Source: Octopus sinensis
Taxonomy: Eukaryota
Direction of reading: 5' to 3'
DNA: 64,000 nt
Assembly: GCF_006345805.1 (NCBI RefSeq)
Contig: NC_043000.1
Coordinates: 74,090,001-74,154,000 of the forward strand
The position numbers and the translations under genes are program-made. Positions within the stretch are counted from its first letter, which is position 1; each line of letters opens with the position of its first letter. The notes under the pieces were generated by a model. That model worked only from the letters and a program-made list of their open reading frames with translations, was not told the origin of the DNA and searched no databases. Shown piece after piece: positions 11,532-22,417 of the stretch.

Positions 11532-12877
11532 TCAGTGGTTCGACTTGTTCGTCTTCTTCTTCTTCATTTTTTCCCTCTTTTTCCGGGCTCGTGGGGGAGG
11601 CCGACGTAGGCCCTCGTATATATATGGAGATATGTCCATTCTCAGAGGGCCCACGTCGTGAAAGAATTCGGACTTTATCCGTCCGTAATCCTTCCGGCCT
11701 TTCGTTTTTTTAATTTTTTCCACCTTTGCCATAGCTGCCAAAACGTTAATCAACCTGTTGTTGGCTGCCTTAATGGCCATAAATGTATTCGTAGTTTCTT
11801 TTCTTTTTTTTTTGGCTCACTTTCAGAGTGGTGGTTTCTGTTTTCCGTTTATTCATGGTGATTTTTGACCACCCCTCCTCTTTTTCCTTTTCTTCGCCGC
11901 TTGTTGTTTCTGTTGCTTCTTTTTTTTTCTGTTGATACTATTGTTTCTGTAGTTTCTGGTGTTTTCGCTTCTGGTTTTTCCTTTTCTGGCGGTGCTGCTA
12001 CCTGCGGTTTAGGTTGGCACTCCGCTCTCACGTGCCCCTTTTTACCGCAGCCAAAACACCTCGGCTTTCTGCCCTCCACAAACACTATCACCCTCTCCTC
12101 TTCGTTGATCTTCAACGTCTCCGGAATTTCTTCCAACGTCTGTACCTCCGCCTGTATCGCCATTGAGATGCATTGGCCTTGCCAATACTCCTCCTCCTCT
12201 ACTGTAGCCTGGAGGATAGTGATCTTGTCCTCCAGGCCTAACATCACTGCCGCCACCAGACATGTGGCGTCTGTCTCTGGGGGAATGTTGTTTATTTTGA
12301 TCTTCGAGGTCCTTCTGCCTCTGTACAGGGGGAGGAGGACTATATTTTCCGCTTTTAGAGGTTCACTTGATAGCTTCTTAGCTATATCTTCTGTCCTGAA
12401 CCTCACTTCTACCGTTCCGAATTTTCTTCCACGGTTTATGTAGGTGATGTCCTGCCATATTGTCTTCAGACAACACTCGATTTTCTTCTCTTCCACTCTT
12501 TGAATGGTTTTCATCGTCGTATTATACGTTTTGTAAATTACCCTTCTTTTATCCACTTCCTCTGTCTTGCTGACGTCCGGTATTACTGTCACTTCATTAC
12601 CTTCCTTTTTCAAACATGCTGCATATTTTTCCAGGTTGCTTCTTTCAGTGTTAATTTTTTCCAGTTTTTTGCCCGCAACCCCTGAAAACTTCTTAGTAGG
12701 GGCTTCTCCTGCTTTCGGCAACACCGCCGGTGAGCTTTCTTCACCTGATACAGGTGAATAGGAAATAGTGGTATCCATCTCTGGATGTGGCTTAACAAGC
12801 CTTTCAATTGGCTTTAACAAGCCTTCAAAAAATCCTGGCTTCGCAAGCCTTTTGTGTGTATTTTTAAATTGTTCCAC
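11532..12877 (-). pseudogene. Tx1-like ORF1 (Zn knuckle CFGCGKKGHVRAEC), frameshift near 11850
   Basis: ORFs 11849-12877 and 11532-11780. Homologous to the ORF1 at 33633-34909. Confidence 0.85.
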
Positions 12878-13046
12878 AATAATTCCCCCGCCGGGGGGGG
12901 GGGATTTTAATACGTAGCCTTCGCGCGAAGGCTAATAACAGTTTTTACACAAAAGACACAATATATAAAACACAGTAACAGAAATTATATTAACAAACCG
13001 GTAATAATCAGCAATCGACAAAACAGACTGGCGTATAACAGACTGG

Positions 13047-14788
13047 AATGATTTTTTTATTTACCATAAAGGTTAACACAGAGATGGACAACACACCCGG
13101 GGAACTTAAAATAAGAAACCAAATGACAAGAAAAGGAAAAAATAAAAGCAATAATGAAATATGAAAGAATATTTACAATGAGATGTAAATGTCCACTCGA
13201 TCCCCGGAATCAAGAGGTTACATTTTCGTCAGTTTTTTCACATATATTTCACCAAATTTTTTCTTTTTTTTTTTTTTCTCCTCACAATCTTACACATATT
13301 CTATGATTGTTTCCACTTCTCTGAAGTCCATCACTGAATCCGCAGGTAGCCGCTCTCTCATTCGAACCTTCGTGAAAAATATTACATTTTCCCCGGCAGC
13401 TTTGAAGAACTCAGCGGCTACTTCCTCGGGGATTAGAGCAGTCCCCTCCCACCGGTCGGTCATCCTGTTGATCCATACATGTCCCTCCGTTTCAGTTGTT
13501 ACATCGGTCATTTCAGGGCAGAGTAATCCCGCTTCCGTCCTGTATTTTCCTTCATCTTCCCTTTCGGGCTTATTTCTTCCTTGTTCTCCTCTCTTTGTTT
13601 CTCTCTTTCTCTCTTTTTGCCTTCTTTTCTTTCACCTTCCTTCTCTTGTCTTTTTGGCTCTTTTTCTGTTTTCTCTTTATCTCGTACTTTATGTTCCTTT
13701 CCTGTAGTTTCTTTTTCCTTTTGTGTACCGTCTTTTCTTTTCGCTTGACTCTGTTCTTTGTCTTGTTTTTTCCCTGTTGTTTCTCTTTCCTTTTTTTCTC
13801 TTGACTTTGTTTTGGTTCTATTAATTCCTTTTCTTTTATTTCTTTTTCCTTCATTGACTTATTATTTTCTTTCTCTTGTTGTTTTGTTTCCTTTTCTTTG
13901 CTTTCTTTCTCATTTAATGTATTATTCTTTTCCTCAAGTTCCTTTTCCTGTTCACACTCCGCTACGAATTCATATAACGGGCACTCCTTTTTAATGTGCC
14001 CCCTTGTCCCACACAAGTAACAATTAGGTTTTCTCCCCTCTACGATTGCGCTGAGAGTATTTTCGTCTTCCACCTCTATTCTGTAGGGAAACCTTTCAAT
14101 GTCTTCTGTTGTGGCCAACAGCCACAATTCCACCCCCATATCCTTTCCAGTTCATCACGTTTGACTCCTTAATCGATTCCACCTCCACTTCCTCTTCTGC
14201 TGCTCCTAGAATGGCTGTTGCCAACCATGTTCGGGATTTTAACTCGAACCCCTCTTCTTCCCTTGTATGAGGGCCACATTGTAAATTTGTCCGCTCTTAG
14301 TACGGTGGTAGCCAGCGAGGCTGCAATTTCCTCCGTTGCACAACTCACCTCCACCGTACCAAATTTCTTGCCTCTACTCACATAGGTAATTTTTTTCCAT
14401 TATGTCTCCCAGACATTTCTCAATTTCGTCTATCTCTATTCTTGCCAGTTTCCTTGTATTCCTGTCTTGAGTTCTATATGTCACCGTCTTGTTTTCTTTA
14501 TCCTCTTTTGTTTTCGCGGGGGGGATTAGCTTCACCCTATCACCCTCCCTTTTGAAAAGCTTTTCATATTCTTTGAGTTTCTCCTTCTCAAAGAACACCT
14601 CCCTTACAATTAGCGACGAATCGCTTTTTTTTCCGGTGACCCCCGCGTAAGTCGCCATGACTAGTGGGTCAATTCACCTTCTTCAAAAGGTTTCAACACG
14701 TGGAGGCAAACGCCTCGCGCGATACCAAATCAATTCACACACAGAAAAAATTCACCGTCTTATCACAACTAACAACACCCGAACAATT
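13047..14788 (-). mobile_element. ORF1-only non-autonomous Tx1 derivative (HAL1-like), family C copy 1
   Basis: ORF1 pieces 13290-14658 with CYLCGTRGHIKKEC and a K/E-rich tail. No ORF2. Own 3' UTR with AATAAA. Confidence 0.85.
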
Positions 14789-14798
14789 AACAGACTGG

Positions 14799-16553
14799 AA
14801 TGATTTTTTTTATTTGCCATAAAGGTTAACACAGAGATGGACAACACACCCGGGGAACTTAAGATAAGAAAGCAAATGACAAGAAAAGGAAAAAATTATA
14901 AGTAATAATGAAATATGAAAGAATATTTACAATGAGATGTAAATGTCCACTCGATCCCCGGAATCAAGAGGTTACATTTTCGTCAGTTTTTTCACATATA
15001 TTTCACCAAATTTTTTCTTTTTTTTTTCTTTTTTTTCTCCTCACAATCTTACACATATTCTATGATTGTTTCCACTTCTCTGAAGTTCATCACTGAATCC
15101 GCAGGTAGCCGCTCTCTCACTCGAACCTTCGTGAAAAATATTACATTTTCCCCGGCAGCTTTGAAGAACTCAGCGGCTACTTCCTCGGGGATTAGAGCAG
15201 TCCCCTGCCACCGGTTGGTCATCCTGTTGACCCATACATGTCCCTCTGTTTCAGCCGCTACATCGGTCACTTCAAGGCAGAGGTGGTAGGTTATCAATCT
15301 ATAACAGTAGCAATCCCGCCTCCGTCCCGTACTCTCCCTCATACTCCCCTTCGGGCCCACCTCTTCCCTGCTTTCCTCTCCTTGTCTCTCTCCCTCTCTC
15401 CCCCTGCCCTCCTCTCCTTCACCCTCCTTCCCCCATCCCTCCGGCTCCTCCTCTGCTCTCTCCCCATCTCACACTTCACGCTCCCCTCCTGCAGCTTCCC
15501 CTTCCTTCCGCGTACCTTCCCTTCCCTTCGCTTGACTCCGCTCCTCGTCCTGTCTCTTCCCTGCTGCTTCTCCTTCCCCCTCCTTCTCTTGACTCTGTCT
15601 TGGCTCCACCGATTCCCCTTCTTCCACTTCTTCCTCCTTCACTGACTTATTATTTCCCTTCTCCTGCCGCCCCGCTTCCCTTTCCTTGCCCTCCCTCTCA
15701 TCCAATGCACTATTCCTCTCTTCAACTTGCCCCCCCTGCTCACACTCCGCAACAATTGGGCCCCCTCCCATCCACGATTACGCTGAGGGTCCCCTCGTCC
15801 TCCACCTCCATTCTGTAGAGAAACCCCTCAATGTCCTCTGCTGCGGCCAACAGCCACACACAATTCCACCCCACATCCCTCCCAGCTCCCCACGCTTGAC
15901 TCCCCAATCGATTCCACCTCCACCTCCTCCGCCGCCGCTCCCAGAATGGCTGCTGCCAACCATTCATTTTCAACTTCTGGGGTCATGTTCGGGATTCCAA
16001 CTCAAACCCCTCCTCCTCCCCTGTGTGAGGGCCACACTGTGAACTTTTCGACTCCCAGCACGGTGGTATCCAGCGAGGCTGCAACTTCCTCCGTTGCACA
16101 TCTCACCCCCACCGCACCAAACTTCTTGCCTCCACTCACATAAGTCATTTTTCCCATCATGTCTCCCAGACACCTCTCGACCTCCTCTATCTCCACTTCC
16201 GCCAGCTTCCTTGCACTCCTGTCTTGGGTTCCACATGTCACCGTCTTGCCCTCTCTATCCTCCTTTGCTTTCGCGGGGGGGGGGGGGGGACCAGCCTCAT
16301 GCTATCACCCTCCCCTTCGAAAAGCCTTTCATACTCTTTGAGCCTCTCCCTCCCAAAGAACACCTCCCCTACAATCAGCGACGAATCGCTTCTCCCTCCG
16401 GCGACCCCCGCGCAAGTCGCCATGACTAGAGAGCAAATTCACCCTCTTCAAAAGGTTCCAACACGTGGAGGCAAACGCCTCGCGCGATACCAAATCAACT
16501 CACACACAGAAAAAATTCACCGTCATATCACAACCAACAACACCCGGACAATT
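14799..16553 (-). mobile_element. ORF1-only element, family C copy 2, A-to-G hypermutated
   Basis: Collinear with 13047-14788. The 3' ~430 bp is near-identical and the remainder has dense plus-strand T>C changes. Confidence 0.9.
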
Positions 16554-19500
16554 AACAGACTGGAATTGTTTTATTACAACCCACTAGGGGCGAACACAGA
16601 GGGGACAATACAACCTGATGTGGGGTCAGATTCTCAAATGGGGTTACAAAAAAGATGAGTTTAAAAATTCACAACAATACAAAAATGTAAAAACGAATGA
16701 AGAACAGACCGGAAGACATTACGGATGGAGTGGGGGCGGGTTTAGCTCGGACCCCACGAGCCCCGCCTCCCCACTGATACTTTGGTTTCGTCTAGTTTTA
16801 CATTTACGTGGTGTCATCCACTCGCAACTTTCGTGCTACATCTTTCCATCGTTCTTCATGCACTTTCTTAGTCAGGCATTTTCTCTCCAGCCCTATCTTC
16901 CTTTTTAGGTGAAAGATGGAGTAATTCATCAGTCCAGGGCCGGAGATGAACTTGCCTGACCGTAAACCTTTCATCCTGGTCTTCCAAATCACCTCTCTCG
17001 CAATTGCTACAACAACGAGAAAACAATTCTTACCTTCTTTCGCGAGGAAATCTGGTGGGTCAATTTTTATAATAGACTCAGTCGACAGCTGTACTTTTCA
17101 TGTGCTTGACAACAGCTATTCGGCATAAACCCACACCTCAGACACGACCGAACAATGAACAATAGCGTGTGGGACGGTTTCCCTATCCCGCCCGAATCTT
17201 GGACATATCGGACTGCCTTGGCCACCGTGCCTTGCGAGTTTATCCCGAACAGGTAGAGCTCCTCTGTAACAATGCCGTGCCAGAGACTTTTGGAAGTTGT
17301 CCAGGCTCTTTGGCCCGAATGTACGTTGGAACAGACTGGCCAGCTGATTATCGTCGAGACCTAGGGCTTCCTCCAAGGTATCTTCACATTCCGCCTCTAC
17401 CAACCCTCTATAAAAGAATGTGGTGGAACCCCCACCGGAGGCGTTGTCCGAGCGACAGAATAGCAGGAGAGCCTTGCGACACTCCGTGTACCATGTGCCC
17501 AGTTTCGATCTACGATTCAGCCAGGTTTCCCATCCACCGAAACTAGTGAACTTGGGAAACATCAGTTTTGCTAGCGGAGACCACACCCGTTCACCATCCA
17601 GGTAGAGCCGCAGATGCCTTAACCACAGCGCATGTCTGCGCATCATCAGCCAAGGAATCCCTAGCCCACCATTTAACGGTTGTTGACAGCAAGTAGAGCG
17701 TTTCACAAGTGGTTTCCCGCCCTTCTCCAAAAAGTAGAAGAGCTGTCTTTCCAACTTGATCAACCACGAATCAGGGCAAGGAACGACGGATAGGCGGTGG
17801 GTGATAACCGATGCAATAAACACATTGGCTACCTCCGCCAAGACCAGGTCTTGGCTACTGCAGCCACCCTGCTCGATACCTCGCCCCAGTTCTTCTCTAT
17901 TTGGAGGTCTGGACCGAACCAAACCCCGAGCAACTTAATCGGACCCTCCGTCCAACGTCCCACGACGCTGTCTGGAGGCATCGACTTGCCTCTCCAGGTG
18001 CCGAGCTGCAAGCCGACTGACTTTTCACGATTAACCTTTGCTCCTGTTACCGTTTCGAAAACCTCTATGGCCTTGCCTACCCTCTGTAGGTGATCCATTT
18101 CGGTTACGATGATGGTGATGTCATCCGCGTACGCTGACACCGATTTTCCACAACCTGGCTGTCTCCGGATGCCGTTCAGTTTTCGCAGTAATGGCTCAAG
18201 AGCCATCACGTACAAAAGCGGGGAGAGCGGACACTCTTGACGAACCGAGCGCTTGATGTTGAACGGCTTCGAAAAGAAGCCGTTCATCCGAACTACCGAG
18301 TTGATGTTATCGTAAATTTGAATAATCCACCTGAGGAAGCCAAGGCCCAACCCGATCTGTGCCAGGACGGACACCAGGTAGCGATGGTCGACCCTATCAA
18401 TTGCCTCACCCTTGCCAGAATCACTATTAAACCCCTCTATAGTGTAACGCATAAGATGGAGATTATCCTGAATGGATCTGCCGGGAACGGCACATGTCTG
18501 TGCCTCCCCGATCAGGCCATCCGTGACACGCGCCAATCTTTTCGATAACACTTTGGCCAAAATCTTCAACTCTGTGTTTAGCAGAGTGATGGGCCTGAAA
18601 TTATCAATGCACTCCCCCTTGCTCGGGTCCTGTCTAACAAGTGTCACTACTCCCCGGCGCACAGATCTGGGTATGAACCCGTTTTGCTGCCAGTTCGCAT
18701 AGACCTCCGTCAGTAGGTGCCCGAACAAGTCTGGCAAACTCTTACGTAACTCGTAGTTAGTATCCTATCTAATTAGTATCCTATCTATGTATGACCTGGA
18801 AGATCCATCGCTGCTTGACCGTGTCCACAATGGAGCGTTCGGAAATTCCAACCTATAAGGATCTGCTAGCTTAAAGAGGCTTAGCAGTTCCAGGAAGCCA
18901 ATGTTACCTTTTCTATCTGGACGCAAGCCAACACAATCTACATCCGCTTTGCAAATTGTGTTAAAGTCTCCTAGTACAACTAAGGAATGTGAAGTACTAA
19001 GAAACTTCTCCAGCTCTCGAAAATAATCACTTTGCCCCTTTTGGTTGGGTGCGTAAATTGCAACCAGTCTGATAACTTTACCGTTACTGAACGTCAAATC
19101 TATGACGACCAGCCTACCTTCTGGATCTGAAAAAATTAACTTTTTCTCAAAAACCCGGTTTCTTTTTAATAAGACCAACACCCCACCCCCGCCGGTAGGA
19201 CTGGCCGGAGAGAAAAAACTCTCGTAGCCGTCGGACAGCGGGAGCAGACCTCTTGTCCCCTCTAACCGGGTTTCTGTAGCAACAATGACATCCAAATTAA
19301 CCGACCTGATATCATTAAGGAAACGACCTTGTTTCCCGCTTGATCCCAGGCCGCGCACATTTAAACAACCAACATAAATGTAATCCATAGCTTACCTTAT
19401 ATCAGTGGTTCGAGTTTTTCTCCTTCTTCTTCACTTTTTTCTTTTTCCCGGACTCGTGGGGGAGTCTGACGCAGGCCCTCGTATATATATGGTGAAGATA

Positions 19501-20234
19501 TATCCATTCTTAGAGGGCCCACGTCATGATAGAATTCGGACTTTATCCGTCCGTAATCCTTCCGGCCTATTCTGTACAAAATAAAATCTTTTGTTTTTTT
19601 AATTTTCTCCACTTTTGCCATAGCTGCTAAAACGTTGGTTAATCTATTATTAGATGCCTTAATGGCCATAAATGAGTTCGTGGTTTCCTTTCTTTCTTTT
19701 TTTTGGCTCACTTTCAGAGGGGTGGTTATGTTTTTCGTTTTTTCTTTATGATTTTCGACCACCCCTCCTCATTTTCATTTTCCTCGCAGCTTGTTGTTTC
19801 TTCTGTTGCTTCTGCTGCCTCTTCTCTTTCTGTTGTTTTTTCTGGGTTTTCTGGTGTTGCCTCTGGTGGTGCTTCTTGTTTTTCCTTTTCTGGCTGAGCT
19901 GCTTCCTGCGGTTTAGGTTGGCACTCTACCCTCACGTGCCCCTTTTTACCGCAGCCGAAGCACCTCGACCTTCTGCCTTCTACGAAGACCACCACTCTTT
20001 CCTCCTCGCTGATCCTCAACGTCTCTGGGATTTCGTCTAGCGTTTGCACCTCTGCCTGAATTGCCATTGATATGCATTGACCTTGCCAATGCTCAGTGTA
20101 AGAAATATGAACGCACGTGGTCGCATTGTGTAGGGAATACGATCGCACGTGGTCATATTCTTAACGAATTATTATAAGCCATAGATACAATGCAGTACCA
20201 AAAGAAACATAGGTGAATTGACGCCAAGCCGTAC

Positions 20235-21034
20235 CACTGTTTGAGATAAGATAAGATTTTATTTAGCAATGGTGTTAATGTTAGAAGGTTGTGAGTGCTA
20301 GCAAGTGTGTGTGTGTGTGCATGCAACACGTGTTTGTGTCTGTGTGTTTGTGTGTGTGACATAACAATCTGAGTGAATGCGTTTGGCATAGAAGGGTACA
20401 GAGCATAGAGTTAATGATGGAAATTGATTTACTGTTCATGAGGTACACGAAGTGTAAGCGTTCAATATCAAGATGTTGTGTCTCGGAGCTGAGGTTAGTT
20501 GAATCACTTGTTGTGCTTATCTTTCTCTTGATATAGATATTCTTTCAGATATATATACTGCAACTGTTTTTCCGTGGTGAGATTTTCACCTAACAGCATG
20601 AGTTGAATCTGTAGTTATCTTGTGTACAAATTAAATCTTCGTAGATAGAGACGATGTTGGCGATGACGTTATGTCTGTCGCTTGGTTTACTATAGCGTCT
20701 TCATATTATGTTTTGCTTGATTGTCGTCTGCCTTTCGAACTGGAACATGGTTGAGTATGCTCTGTGTGGTCTCCGACTAAGACCTTAAAAGGTCTTAAGC
20801 CAAAAGACAGTGAATCGTGATATATCAGCCTATTTAAAGAGTTGAGATGGCTCAAATGAAAAGTCCTATCCGAAAGCCGTGATTGGTCAGTTTACACACT
20901 GGCGCGAAGTAAGTAGAGAGACAGACCGCGCTTAGATGCTAACCAATCAAAATAGTGGACACAACAACGTTAACCTAGCCAAAGATGTTTGTAATCTCAA
21001 ACGAGATCATTCTTAATATTTTTCTCAAACAGTG
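20235..21034. mobile_element. Non-autonomous TIR element with CACTG ends, within a foreign segment ~20094-21062
   Basis: CACTGTTTGAGA at 20235 and TCTCAAACAGTG ending at 21034. No ORF and no clear TSD. Confidence 0.55.
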
Positions 21035-21325
21035 AAGATAGCAATGAAGAAAACAATATTGCTACACTCCTCCTCCTCTACTGTGGCCTGGAGGATGTTG
21101 ATTTTTTCCTCCAGGCCTACCATAACTGCCGCCATCAGGCATGTGGCGTCTGCCTCTGGGGGAATATTCTTTATTATTATTTTCGAGGTCCTTCTGCCTC
21201 TGTACAGGGAAGGAGGACAATATTCTCCGCTTTCAACGGTTCGGTTGATAGCTTCTTAGCTATCTCTTCCGTTCTGAACCTTAGTTCAACTGTTCCGAAT
21301 TTTTTACCGCGATTTATATAAGTGA

Positions 21326-21837
21326 CTAGCAGTATCGCCCGGTGTTGCTCGGGTTTGTAAGGGAAATAACTATATAAGCATTTTTAGAGAGTCACTTCCC
21401 TTATAGATGCCAATTCGGGCTTTCTTAGCCATTTCTGTTTTGGTGTCTTCAAGCCATGAAGTCATTGTTCTAAAAGAACGCTGGTCTCCTTGACAACGCT
21501 TTACGACGTTGATTTCCTTACACTCCTTCCCCACAGCTTCACGGGGGAGGGAAGAAGGGGGAGAAGCAAACAGGTGCAGGTGTGACCATGGACGCCAACT
21601 CCGCCGCCATCGACACACGAAAAATTATGCATTAAAATGGAATAAAAAATTATGTTAAATCATTTTTAAAATCGTAGACTCATCGTAGACGCGCGCTAAT
21701 ACTCAGACGGGCTCGATATGAATCACGACTATAAGATACCCGAATTTGGTTAAACTGCTCCGCAAAATGTGGGAGTAGTTAGGAATCTAAATCGAAGGGG
21801 ACAGACACTCACACAACTACAGTTTTATATATATAGA
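21326..21837 (-). mobile_element. Non-autonomous Helitron
   Basis: Minus strand starts TC(TATATAT), ends with hairpin cccgagcaacaccggg and CTAG. Inserted between A and T of the Tx1 ORF1 (gtga|tatcc) with no TSD. Confidence 0.88.
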
Positions 21838-22417
21838 TATCCTGCTATATTGACTTCAAGCAGTTTTCTCTTTTTTTTTCTTCTATTCTTTGGATGGTTT
21901 TACTTGTCGTGTTGTACGTCTTGTATATAATTCTTTTTTTCTCTACTTCCTCCATTTTGTTCACGTCAGGTATTATGGTCACTTCTGTACCTTCTTTTTT
22001 CAACACTGCTATGTATTTTTCCAGGTTTTCTGTATTAATTTTCCTCGGTTTTTTCCCCGCAACTTCAGCGAACTTCTTTGCAGGGGGTTCTGCTGCTTTT
22101 GGTGACACCGCCGGTGAACTTTCTTCATTTGACACTGGTGAGTCGGAGATAGAGGTGTCCATCTGGCTTAACAAGCCTTTCAGTTGTAAACAAAAAAGTT
22201 CTAGCTTCGCAAGTCTCTTGAGTGTTTTCACAATAAATGTATAACAATAAAAATAATTCCCCCACGGAGGGGGGAACTCCAATACGTAGCCTTCGCGCGA
22301 AGGCTAATAACAAAATTTGTACAAAAGACAAATTAAAACAGCAGTAATCAAACGTAACAATAATTAATTAAATAAACAAACCGATATTCACTAACGCAGC
22401 AGCAATTAACAGACTGG

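Larger units (their letters stand above)
8503..13032 (-). mobile_element. L1/Tx1-clade non-LTR retrotransposon, family A, full span with internal deletions
   Basis: ORF1 with CCHC knuckle plus ORF2 APE-RT. AATAAA at the 3' end. Flanked by duplicated ccagtctgttata (8490-8502 and 13034-13046). Confidence 0.9.
16564..22407 (-). mobile_element. Tx1-like family A copy with a large ORF2 deletion and two nested insertions in ORF1
   Basis: ORF2 pieces 16804-19388, with EN joined to RT at ~18745-18765 and YADD retained. ORF1 pieces 19397-20090 and 21063-22282. Confidence 0.88.

Noticed and set aside
15230-16535. APOBEC, CpG decay or RIP as the cause of the asymmetry (C>T in the sister copy)
   Set aside because: The third family copy and the conserved K/E-rich ORF1 support A as ancestral. 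The changes are strand-specific and not CpG-centred.
15238-16658. Pro/Leu/Gly-rich ORFs that look like a novel gene
   Set aside because: They are by-products of A>G hypermutation, which removes stops and enriches C/G.
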